The translations under genes and the position numbers were made by a program. From an uncultured Lentisphaeria bacterium (GTDB lineage: Bacteria > Verrucomicrobiota > Lentisphaeria > Oligosphaerales > Oligosphaeraceae): 53,178 bases of DNA. This document shows positions 18,698-26,536 of this stretch, one piece after another. Numbering within the stretch: the first letter of the stretch is position 1; each line of letters begins with the position of its first letter. The DNA lies in the NCBI GenBank assembly GCA_945827525.1, contig CALZPA010000001.1, positions 1 to 53,178 on the forward strand. The letters are read 5' to 3'. Below the pieces are notes generated by a model. That model ran no database searches. It saw nothing but the letters and a program-made list of their open reading frames with translations, and was not told the DNA's origin.

Positions 18698-19999
18698 ATG
18701 AACGCATTGGCGACGTCATTGAACGAAGCGATCCAGGCAGTCAACCCTCATGTGTATGAGATGCTGTCGGATCTTGGCCGCAGCCTGTACTTTCCGAAAG
18801 GCATTCTGAGTCAGTCTGCCGAGGCGAAGACGAAGGCGACCCGCTTCAACGTGACCATCGGCACGGCGATGTCGGAGGGCGACGCGATGTATCTGCCGAG
18901 CGTGATGTCGCAGTTGCCGGATCAGTCGGCGAACGAGGCGCTGCTGTATGCGCCCGCGCCTGGCCTGCCTGCCCTGCGCCGCGCCTGGCAGGAGAAGAAC
19001 CTCCATGACAACCCGTCGCTGCGCGGGGTCGCGACGAGCCTGCCCATCGTCACGTCGGGCCTCACGCATGGCCTGGGGCTGCTCGCCGACATGTTCGCGA
19101 ATCCCGGCGAGCACCTCATCTACCCGGACATGAACTGGGGCAACTACGCGCTGAACTTCGTCGTCCGGAAGGGCATGAAGCCGTGCCTGTTCTCGTTCTT
19201 CAAGGAGGGCGGCTTCAACATCGCCGCGTTCCGCCAGGCGCTCAAGGACTACTCGATGGGCCAGGAGAAGGTCATCGTCCTGCTCAACTTCCCCAACAAC
19301 CCCAGCGGCTACACCCCCACCGAGGACGAGGGCAACGCCATCGCCGACGCGCTCGTCGAGCTCGCCGAGTCCGGCGTCAACGTCGTCGCCATCGTCGACG
19401 ACGCCTACTTCGGGCTGTTCTTCGACGACGTGATGCAGCAGTCGCTGTTCACGAAGCTGGCGGGCCGCCACGAGCGGCTGCTGGCGGTCAAGGCGGACGC
19501 CGCCACGAAGGAGGTCTATGTGTGGGGACTCCGCGTCGGCTTCGTCACCATCGCGGTCAAGGCGGACACCGACCCGGAGCCGCTCTACCAGGCGATGAAC
19601 GCCAAGTTCGGCGGGTGCATCCGCAGCCAGGTCAGCAGCGGCTGCGCCCTCTCGCAGCAGGTCGTCCTCCGCGGGCTCCAGTCGCCCACCTTCTACGAGG
19701 AGCGCACCGCCAACGTCGCCGTCATGCGCGAGCGCGCCCGCAAAGTCCGCGAGGTCCTCGACAACCCCAAGTACAGCGACGCCTGGGAGGTCTACCCCTT
19801 CAACAGCGGCTACTTCATGTGCCTCAAGCTCAAGGACGTCGATGCCGAGACGCTCCGCGTCCACCTGCTCGACAAGTACGGCGTCGGCACCATCGCCGTC
19901 GCGACGCGCAACCTGCGCGTCGCGTTCAGTTGCCTGGAGACCGAGCACGTCCAGGAGCTCTTCGACCTCATCTACGCCGGCTGCAAGGATCTTGCCTGA
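18698..19999 (+). CDS. Class I/II PLP-dependent aminotransferase
   Basis: Starts at ATG 18698 (MNALATSLNE...) with AGGAG 8 nt upstream. Motif NFPNNPSGYT and a Lys-containing region ATKEVYVWGLRVGF. The ORF-track start 18599 lies inside the terminator hairpin. Confidence 0.9.
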   Translation: MNALATSLNEAIQAVNPHVYEMLSDLGRSLYFPKGILSQSAEAKTKATRFNVTIGTAMSEGDAMYLPSVMSQLPDQSANEALLYAPAPGLPALRRAWQEKNLHDNPSLRGVATSLPIVTSGLTHGLGLLADMFANPGEHLIYPDMNWGNYALNFVVRKGMKPCLFSFFKEGGFNIAAFRQALKDYSMGQEKVIVLLNFPNNPSGYTPTEDEGNAIADALVELAESGVNVVAIVDDAYFGLFFDDVMQQSLFTKLAGRHERLLAVKADAATKEVYVWGLRVGFVTIAVKADTDPEPLYQAMNAKFGGCIRSQVSSGCALSQQVVLRGLQSPTFYEERTANVAVMRERARKVREVLDNPKYSDAWEVYPFNSGYFMCLKLKDVDAETLRVHLLDKYGVGTIAVATRNLRVAFSCLETEHVQELFDLIYAGCKDLA

Positions 20000-20033
20000 T
20001 TGCCGGACCGTCCGTCCATCCACCACCACCCTG

Positions 20034-20075
20034 GTCGCCCGCCTGGTTCCTCCAGACGGGCGACATTCGCTTTTG
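20034..20075 (+). terminator. Candidate terminator after the aminotransferase
   Basis: gtcgcccg (20034-20041) pairs with cgggcgac (20057-20064). A short T-run (cgctttt) follows 6 nt later. Confidence 0.35.
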
Positions 20076-20146
20076 GCGCCAGGCAGGCTATATTTGCCGA
20101 CGTCTGAAGTCCATCCTCCCCCCCACTACCCTAGACGCCCCTCCCT

Positions 20147-20632
20147 ATGCTGCTGTATCATGGAAGCAATGTCACCGTCAAGACGCCGCGTCTGCTGACG
20201 ACACGCCGCCAGCTGGACTTTGGCCCCGGCTTCTATCTGACCTCCAGTCTGGAGCAGGCGGAGAAATGGGCTTTGCGGACATCTGCCATCCGCAACTCAG
20301 GAAAGCCGACCGTCTCGTCCTTTGACTTTGACCTGAAGAAGGCCATGAAGCATCTGTCCACTCTGACGTTTCCCGGCCCTGACCGCAGTTGGCTGCGCTA
20401 TGTGGTTGCCAACCGCCTGGAGCAGCCACACACCCCCGACTATGACTTGGTCTGCGGCCCCGTGGCCAACGACCAGACGCTGCGTGTGCTCAATGACTTC
20501 ATGAATGGCTACCTGACCGAGGACATCGCGCTGCAACTGCTGCTCCCACAGCGTCTGAAGGACCAGTTCGCCTTCAAGACTGACCGCGCCCTGAGGTGGC
20601 TGCATTTCCAGGAGGCTCTGCCATGCCCATGA
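20147..20632 (+). CDS. DUF3990 domain protein (putative ADP-ribosyltransferase-fold protein)
   Basis: N-terminus MLLYHGSNVTVKTPRL...DFGPGFYLTSSLEQAEKWA is the DUF3990 signature as I recall it. Later motif VCGPVANDQ. Lower G+C than neighbours. Confidence 0.8.
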   Translation: MLLYHGSNVTVKTPRLLTTRRQLDFGPGFYLTSSLEQAEKWALRTSAIRNSGKPTVSSFDFDLKKAMKHLSTLTFPGPDRSWLRYVVANRLEQPHTPDYDLVCGPVANDQTLRVLNDFMNGYLTEDIALQLLLPQRLKDQFAFKTDRALRWLHFQEALPCP

Positions 20633-20877
20633 CCCGAACCTGCCCCGAGCTCATCGAGTACTATGACAAGGAGGTCTCCAGGATGATTGCCGAAAAGTAT
20701 GGCTACACCCTGATGGAGGCGCTGCGGCTGTTCGTCTTCTCCGAGACCCATGAGCTGCTCGAGAACCAGGACATGGGGCTCACCATGTTCGCCGCGTTCG
20801 GGGTCTTCGACATCTGGGAGGCCGAGAGGATCACCGGCGACCCACGACGCTCCGTCTTCATCCGCTGCGAGGCCTAG
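20623..20877 (+). CDS. DUF3791 domain protein (small helical partner of DUF3990)
   Basis: ATG 20623 with GGAGG 7 nt upstream; overlaps the DUF3990 stop by 10 nt. Sequence MPMTRTCPELIEYYDKEVSRMIAEKYGYTLMEALRLFVFSETHELL is typical of DUF3791 as I recall it. Confidence 0.7.
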   Translation: MPMTRTCPELIEYYDKEVSRMIAEKYGYTLMEALRLFVFSETHELLENQDMGLTMFAAFGVFDIWEAERITGDPRRSVFIRCEA

Positions 20878-20879
20878 CC

Positions 20880-21101
20880 ATGGAAGAAATGACCCCGGAA
20901 ATGGCGTTCTTCATCTATCTGCTGGAGCAGTACGCCGCCTACCGCAACTGCCTGACGCGCGAGATTCTGCGCGAATGGGAGGAGCATCATCTCGTCCAGC
21001 GCATCTACGACAGCTACTGGGGCTACCACACGGAAAGCCTGGAGAACGCCTTCCGGGACATCGACAGCCTCCTCGCCACCGGCCACTCCGCCTGGGCGTG
21101 A
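20880..21101 (+). CDS. DUF3791 domain protein, second copy
   Basis: ATG 20880 lies 2 nt after the previous stop. Sequence MEEMTPEMAFFIYLLEQYAAYRNCLTREILREWEEHHLVQRIYDSYWGYH. Confidence 0.7.
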   Translation: MEEMTPEMAFFIYLLEQYAAYRNCLTREILREWEEHHLVQRIYDSYWGYHTESLENAFRDIDSLLATGHSAWA

Positions 21102-21123
21102 GGAGAGCGGGCACCCGCTCTCC
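21102..21123. terminator. Bidirectional terminator-like hairpin between convergent genes (DUF3791 #2 and ung)
   Basis: ggagagcggg-ca-cccgctctcc has perfect 10-bp arms and fills the 27-nt gap between the two stop codons (21099-21101 and 21129-21131). No long U-tract. Confidence 0.5.
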
Positions 21124-21128
21124 TCTCC

Positions 21129-21806
21129 TCACGCCAGCGTCCAGTCGAGGGGCGGACGGCCCAGCTCCGCGAGGGCGTCGTTGACGCGGGAGAACGGACG
21201 CGAGCCGAAGAAGCCGCGGTAGGCCGAGAGGGGCGAGGGATGGGCACTGGTCAGGATGCGGTGGCGCGTCGTGTCGATGAGCGGGCGCTTGCGCTCGGCG
21301 GGCTTGCCCCAGAGCAGGAAGACCATGGGGTCGCCGTGGCGCGAGAGCGCCCGGATGGCGGCGTCCGTCACCATCTCCCAGCCATGGTTCTGATGGGAGC
21401 CGGCCGCGCCGGCACGGACGGTGAGGACGGTGTTGAGCATGAGCACGCCGCGTGACGCGAACTGGGCGAAGTCGGCGTCGGGCGGCACCGTCACCTGCAG
21501 GTCATCGGCGAATTCGCGCCAGATGTTGCGCAGGGAGGCTGGCCAGCGGACGCCAGGGCGGACGGCGAACGCCAGGCCGCAGGCCTGTCCCTCGCCATGA
21601 TAGGGGTCCTGCCCCAGCAGCACCAGTCTGACCTGGCGGAAGGGCGTCTCCGCAAAGGCGCGGAACAGGTGCTCCGGCGGCGGATAGACCGTCCCGCGCC
21701 CGTACTCGTCGGTGACGAAGCGCTGCAGGGCGTCGAGCGTGGCGGGCTGCAGATAGGGCGCGATGGCCTCGCGCCAGTCGGGGGGCATGTATTCGAGGAG
21801 GTTCAT
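21129..21806 (-). CDS. ung: Uracil-DNA glycosylase (family 1)
   Basis: Motifs GQDPYHG, VLMLNTVLTV and HPSPLSA. The start overlaps the upstream stop (ATGA at 21803-21806). Confidence 0.95.
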   Translation of the reverse strand: MNLLEYMPPDWREAIAPYLQPATLDALQRFVTDEYGRGTVYPPPEHLFRAFAETPFRQVRLVLLGQDPYHGEGQACGLAFAVRPGVRWPASLRNIWREFADDLQVTVPPDADFAQFASRGVLMLNTVLTVRAGAAGSHQNHGWEMVTDAAIRALSRHGDPMVFLLWGKPAERKRPLIDTTRHRILTSAHPSPLSAYRGFFGSRPFSRVNDALAELGRPPLDWTLA

Positions 21807-23596
21807 CGGTCGGCCTGCGTGTCCAGGGGTGGTGTGGGCTGCCGCACGCCCTCGAAGAGCTGAAGCTGCATGGCTGCGGCCTGTGGGCGGGGTGGCTCGG
21901 GGACGCGGCGGATGGCAAGCCAGGGCCGTCCGCGCAGGCCATGCTCGCCGAGGACGACGGCGGCGCGGTGCCGCTGGCCCATGTCGATGATGGGGCCTTG
22001 GGGAAGCCAGGTGCGCGAGGTCACCGGCGGCATACGCTGGCTGAGGACATAGACGGTCTGCTCGTCGTCGGGGAGCGCCTGGCTGACGTCGCCGCGCGGA
22101 TGGAGGAAGACGACGGGGCGGTCAAGGTAGTAGAAGCTGGGGAGATAGAGGGAGCTGGCGGCGGCGAGGGGACGGTAGTAGACCTTGCGGATGGTGTCGG
22201 GCAGGGCGGACCGGTTGTCGAGCATCCCCACGGTGGGGCGGGTACAGCGGGCGAGCTCCAGTCCCGCCAGCTTCCGGTCGCTCTGATCCCAACTGCGGTA
22301 GTACTCGACGCTGAGGAGGGAGAGCAGCCGCGCGCCGAAGATGCACCAGATGATGCAGGAGCGGAACGTGCAGTGGCTCTCGCGGCGCAGGATGACGCCC
22401 CACAGGATGCGCGCCAGCACCAGCTGCAGCACGGCGAACACGCCCGCATGGGCAGGCGGCACCATGTCGATGGCGACCAGCCCGCAGGCGACCAGCGCCC
22501 AGAAAAGCCCCACCAGCACGTTGGCGACGAGGACGACCCAGGTGACACCATGGAGCCCTCGGTTGAGGATGTGCTGATAGCGCCGCAGCACAATCTCGAA
22601 GTGGACGCCGATGAGGATGGCGACCGGCCCCAGCAGCGGCAGCAGATGGAAGGGCGACGTCTGCGGCAGCAGCCAGAAGAACGTGAACAGCGACAGCACA
22701 ATGACGCGCAGATAGCGGCACGCCACCGGCGAATTCTCGAACTGGCGCAGCGCAATGCAGAACGGCGCCCACAGCAGAAGCCCCCACGGCAGCAGCCACG
22801 CCATCGCCTCCCACGGATACGTCAGCAGATGCCACAGATAGCCGGACGCATCGCGGAACGACGTGCTCAGGTTCGCCTCGCGCGTCCACGGCAGCAGCGG
22901 CTGGTCCGGCGTGATGAGAACCCACACCGCCGTCAGCACCAGAACCCCCAGCACGCTCAGCAGATGCGACGGCATCTGCATCCGCATCTTCGCGTTCAGT
23001 TGGCGGGGCAGAAACACCAGCGGCAGATAGAACCACAGCACCGCCTCCAGACCCACGTTCAGCATCCCCAGAAACACCAGCAGCAGCGACACCACCCACG
23101 CCGTGTTCCACCGACGCTGCTCAACCCCCAGCGCATACCAGCTCCACCACGCCGCACACGACAGCAGCGCCTGAAGCGTCAGCGGAACCCCCATCGCCCC
23201 AAACCGAAAGCTCACCCCGCTCAGCAGCACCACCGACGCCGCGATGAACCCCGCAAAGCGACTCTGCAGCCGACGCCCCGCCAGGCCACACAGCAGCGCC
23301 AGCCCACCCAGCGACAGCAGCGCCGGCAGCCGCAGCGACACGATGCTCAGCCGCTGAAAGCCCGAACACACGCACACCAGCCAACTGTACAGCGGAAACT
23401 CGCGTATCTCGCGCCCGTAGAGGCGCGTCTTCACATAGTCGCCGCCAAACAGCATGTCTCGCGACATCGCCGCCTGCAGCGCCTCCATGTCCCAGCGCAG
23501 CTCCGTCAGCAGCAGCGCCCCCGCGTAGAGCAGCAGCGACAGCGTGACCAGCAGCACCACACTGCGGCAACGAGGTTGACGTTCAATGTACAGCAT
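21803..23596 (-). CDS. Polytopic membrane protein, probable GT-C fold glycosyltransferase (ArnT/PMT GT39-like)
   Basis: 597 aa with about 12-14 TM segments and a soluble C-terminal domain. The architecture and the neighbouring GT2 gene suggest GT-C. No catalytic motif was verified. Confidence 0.55.
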   Translation of the reverse strand: MLYIERQPRCRSVVLLVTLSLLLYAGALLLTELRWDMEALQAAMSRDMLFGGDYVKTRLYGREIREFPLYSWLVCVCSGFQRLSIVSLRLPALLSLGGLALLCGLAGRRLQSRFAGFIAASVVLLSGVSFRFGAMGVPLTLQALLSCAAWWSWYALGVEQRRWNTAWVVSLLLVFLGMLNVGLEAVLWFYLPLVFLPRQLNAKMRMQMPSHLLSVLGVLVLTAVWVLITPDQPLLPWTREANLSTSFRDASGYLWHLLTYPWEAMAWLLPWGLLLWAPFCIALRQFENSPVACRYLRVIVLSLFTFFWLLPQTSPFHLLPLLGPVAILIGVHFEIVLRRYQHILNRGLHGVTWVVLVANVLVGLFWALVACGLVAIDMVPPAHAGVFAVLQLVLARILWGVILRRESHCTFRSCIIWCIFGARLLSLLSVEYYRSWDQSDRKLAGLELARCTRPTVGMLDNRSALPDTIRKVYYRPLAAASSLYLPSFYYLDRPVVFLHPRGDVSQALPDDEQTVYVLSQRMPPVTSRTWLPQGPIIDMGQRHRAAVVLGEHGLRGRPWLAIRRVPEPPRPQAAAMQLQLFEGVRQPTPPLDTQADR

Positions 23597-23654
23597 CGCT
23601 CACAAATGAAGGAATGACCCGAAAAAACACCATTCTGTCCACGTCCGGCGTCGG

Positions 23655-24410
23655 CTAGCGTCGCAGCGCGACGCGGGCCAGCCACGCCAGCCAGACCGTG
23701 GTTCGCTCGCGGAGCCCACGGGCGTGGCGGCAGCCGATGCGCCGCGTCTCCAGCCGCGCCAGCCCGCGGCTGCTGTTCGCCAGTCCGCCCAGCTCCATGT
23801 TCGTGACAATCTCGTCGCAGCGCACCAGCCGTTCGCCGCGCTCGTGGCAGCGCCACACGAAGTCGTAGTCCGCCGAGATGCGGAACCCCACGTCGTAGAG
23901 TCCGCAGCGCTCATACGCCTCACGGCGCACGAACAGCCCCGGATGCGGCAGCGGCATCCGCCACGGCAACTGCTCCATCCCCTGCGGACGGAACACGCGC
24001 CGGACGCGCCCGTCCGGCAGCATGAAGCGCACCGCGCACGCCGCCAGTCCCGCCTCCGGATGGCGCTCCAGCACCTCTGCCGCGCAGGCCAGCGCCGTCG
24101 GCTCGTACCAGTCGTCGCCATTCAGCAGGGCGATGACGTCGCCCGTGCTTGCGGCGATGCCCTGGTTCCAGGCGGACGGAATGCCCGCCGCGCCCGGCGC
24201 CGGCGGCTCCTGGCGCAGCCAGCGCGCCGCGATGCCATGCGCCGACAGCTCGGCGCACAGCGTGTCCAGCAGCTCGGGCGTCCCGTCGTCGGACTGTCCG
24301 TCGATGAACAGATACTCGTCAGGGCGTCGCGTCTGCGCGAGGACGGAGGCGACGGTTCGGCGGAGGGTGGCGGCGGCGTTGCGGCAGATGGTGATGACGG
24401 TGAGGCGCAT
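23655..24410 (-). CDS. Glycosyltransferase family 2
   Basis: MRLTVITICRNAAATL...FIDGQSDDGT with a DxD-like motif NGDDWYE; 251 aa. Confidence 0.88.
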   Translation of the reverse strand: MRLTVITICRNAAATLRRTVASVLAQTRRPDEYLFIDGQSDDGTPELLDTLCAELSAHGIAARWLRQEPPAPGAAGIPSAWNQGIAASTGDVIALLNGDDWYEPTALACAAEVLERHPEAGLAACAVRFMLPDGRVRRVFRPQGMEQLPWRMPLPHPGLFVRREAYERCGLYDVGFRISADYDFVWRCHERGERLVRCDEIVTNMELGGLANSSRGLARLETRRIGCRHARGLRERTTVWLAWLARVALRR

Positions 24411-24437
24411 GGCGGAGGGGCGGGCGGCGGCCTCGCC

Positions 24438-25097
24438 TCACTTGCCGAAGACCTCGACCTCGATGTAGTGGTTCATGTCGTCGCTGGTGTTGCCGTTGCT
24501 CCAGAGGCGGACATAGCGCGCCTTGACGCCGGGGACGGCGAAGGGGCGTCCCTCGTAGGTCTCGATGTAGTCGAACTGCTTGCCGACGCCGAGGCCGCTG
24601 CTGTTGTCGTGGTCGTTGTTGAAGATGGTCTTGACGTTGGTGATGAAGTCGGGGTCATCGGCGGTCTGGACGATGACGTCGCGGTAGACGCGCGCCTGGG
24701 AATGGAAGTGCCAGATGACGACGGCGTAGATTTCGGCCTGCTTGCCCAGGTCGATCTGTATCCACTGCTTGCCGGGGCTGAGCTCGACGTAGTAGCCCTC
24801 TTCGCCGCCCTTCTCGCCGTCGGTGATGAATTCGAGTTCGCCGACCATGGGCTCCATGTCGCTGCTGGTGACCTCCTTGCCCTTGGCGAGGTTGACGACG
24901 CCCTTGGGGACCATGACGGGCGGACGCTTCTCGCCGACCTTGCGCATCGGCTCCAGGTTCGGCGTCTTGAGTTCGCGCGGCGTGCCCGCGAACATCGGCT
25001 TAGGCAGTTGGACCGCCAGCGGCTCCGTGTCCGCGGCCAGCAGCGCGCCCGCGCTCAGGGGAACCAGCAACCAGGCAAGCACACGACTCTTCATCAT
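24438..25097 (-). CDS. Secreted discoidin (F5/8 type C, galactose-binding-like) domain protein
   Basis: Signal peptide MMKSRVLAWLLVPLSAGALLAA. Discoidin-like core WIQIDLGKQAEIYAVVIWHF...RYVRLW. Confidence 0.8.
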   Translation of the reverse strand: MMKSRVLAWLLVPLSAGALLAADTEPLAVQLPKPMFAGTPRELKTPNLEPMRKVGEKRPPVMVPKGVVNLAKGKEVTSSDMEPMVGELEFITDGEKGGEEGYYVELSPGKQWIQIDLGKQAEIYAVVIWHFHSQARVYRDVIVQTADDPDFITNVKTIFNNDHDNSSGLGVGKQFDYIETYEGRPFAVPGVKARYVRLWSNGNTSDDMNHYIEVEVFGK

Positions 25098-25129
25098 CTC
25101 AGCACACTCCTTTGCGTCTCATTCAGTCC

Positions 25130-25146
25130 GTTGTTGTTGTTGTTGT
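25130..25146. repeat. Trinucleotide microsatellite (GTT)5.7, i.e. (AAC)n on the coding strand of the discoidin gene
   Basis: ccgttgttgttgttgttgtcac read directly, 33-49 nt upstream of the discoidin ATG (25097, minus strand). Confidence 0.9.
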
Positions 25147-25169
25147 CACACTCCCATTCGCATCGGCGC

Positions 25170-26528
25170 TCACTTGCCGATGCAGAAGCGATGGAAAATC
25201 GTCTCCAGGACGTCCGGCTCGACCTCGCGGCCGACCATCCGTCCGAGCGCCTGCACGGCGCGGCGCAGCTCCAGCGCGGCCAGCTCCCACTGGCCGCCCG
25301 CCAGCAGCCCGCCCACGGGCGACAGCGCCTCCGACGCCTCCGCCAGCAACGCCGCATGACGCGCCGCCACGGCAATCTCCCCCGTCGTGTCCGCGACGCC
25401 CGACAGCCGCTCCACCGCGTCGAGCAGCCCGTCCAGGCCCTCGCCTGTCCGAACGCTCAGCCGCAGCGTCTCCGGCGGCGGCGCCGGCGACGACGGTGCG
25501 CAGGCGTCCAGCTTGTTGCCGACGAGGAGCACCTGCCCCGTAACCTCCCAGCCAGGCCAGGCCTGCTCCGCATAGGGCCGCGTGAGGTCGAACAGCCAGA
25601 CGATGATGTCCGCATCCTGGGCGCTCAGCCGCGCGCGCTCCATGCCGCTCTGCTCGATGACGTCCGCCGTCTCGCGGATGCCGGCCGTGTCGATGACGCG
25701 CACGGGGACGCCGCGCACGTCGAGCTGCTCCTCCAGCGTGTCGCGGGTCGTGCCGGGGATGTCCGTGACGATGGCGCGGTCACGTCCCAGCAGACGGTTC
25801 AGCAGACTCGACTTGCCCACGTTCGGGCAGCCGCAGACCGCCAGCCGCAGACCGCCGCGGAGCACCTCGCCCGCACGGCGCGTCGACAGCAGCCGCTCCA
25901 CCGACTCGCGCGCCGCCGACACCGCCGACGCCAGCTCCTCCACCGGACGCCAGTCCAGCTCCAGCTCCTCCTCGGGAAAGTCCAGGTGCGACTCCACCTC
26001 CGCCAGCACGTCGGCGAGCGTCCCGTACAGCCGGTTCGCCTCGTCGCCGAGGCGACCGCGCAACTGCTGTCCGGCCACACGCAGCGCGGCCGCGCTGCGG
26101 GCGCCGATGACGTCCGCGACCGCCTCGGCCTGGGTCAGGTCAAGGCGGCCATGCAGGAACGCACGGCGCGTGAATTCGCCGGGCTCGGCCAGCCGGCAGC
26201 CGACCCGCTGGAGCGCCTGGAGGGCGAGGCGCGCGCAGAGCGCGCCGCCGTGGCAGTGCAACTCGACGACGTGCTCGCCCGTGTAGCTGTGCGGCGCCGG
26301 CATCCGGACGGCGAGGCACTCGGCGTCCAGGAGGGCGCCGTCCGCGTCGCGCAGGGTGCCGAGGGCGAGGTGACGCGGAGTCTGGCGGGCGAGGTCGCCG
26401 TGGGCGACGGGCGTCCAGAGCCGTGCGGCGATGGCGTCCGCGTCGGGGCCGCTGAGGCGGAGGATGGAGACGGCGCCGCCTGGCGCCGTGGCCAGGGCGG
26501 CGATGGTGTCGCGGTCGGTGGCTTCCAT
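25170..26528 (-). CDS. mnmE: tRNA modification GTPase MnmE
   Basis: Starts at MEATDRDTIAALATAPGG (ATG 26528). G-domain motifs GCPNVGKSSLLN, DTAGIR and NKLD. C-terminal FCIGK hallmark. The 905-aa ORF-track entry is an artefactual upstream extension. Confidence 0.95.
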   Translation of the reverse strand: MEATDRDTIAALATAPGGAVSILRLSGPDADAIAARLWTPVAHGDLARQTPRHLALGTLRDADGALLDAECLAVRMPAPHSYTGEHVVELHCHGGALCARLALQALQRVGCRLAEPGEFTRRAFLHGRLDLTQAEAVADVIGARSAAALRVAGQQLRGRLGDEANRLYGTLADVLAEVESHLDFPEEELELDWRPVEELASAVSAARESVERLLSTRRAGEVLRGGLRLAVCGCPNVGKSSLLNRLLGRDRAIVTDIPGTTRDTLEEQLDVRGVPVRVIDTAGIRETADVIEQSGMERARLSAQDADIIVWLFDLTRPYAEQAWPGWEVTGQVLLVGNKLDACAPSSPAPPPETLRLSVRTGEGLDGLLDAVERLSGVADTTGEIAVAARHAALLAEASEALSPVGGLLAGGQWELAALELRRAVQALGRMVGREVEPDVLETIFHRFCIGK

Positions 26529-26536
26529 CGCCGGTC

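Noticed and set aside
20079-20090. 12-mer gccaggcaggct shared with the hairpin arm at 53135-53146
   Set aside because: Chance recurrence of a 12-mer is expected many times in a 53-kb window when both strands are counted, so it is not evidence of a repeat family.
20000-21131. Mobile element borders, integrase or tRNA target around the DUF3990 cassette
   Set aside because: I looked for direct or inverted terminal repeats, recombinase genes or a tRNA gene and found none. Only composition supports foreign origin, so it is not called a mobile element.
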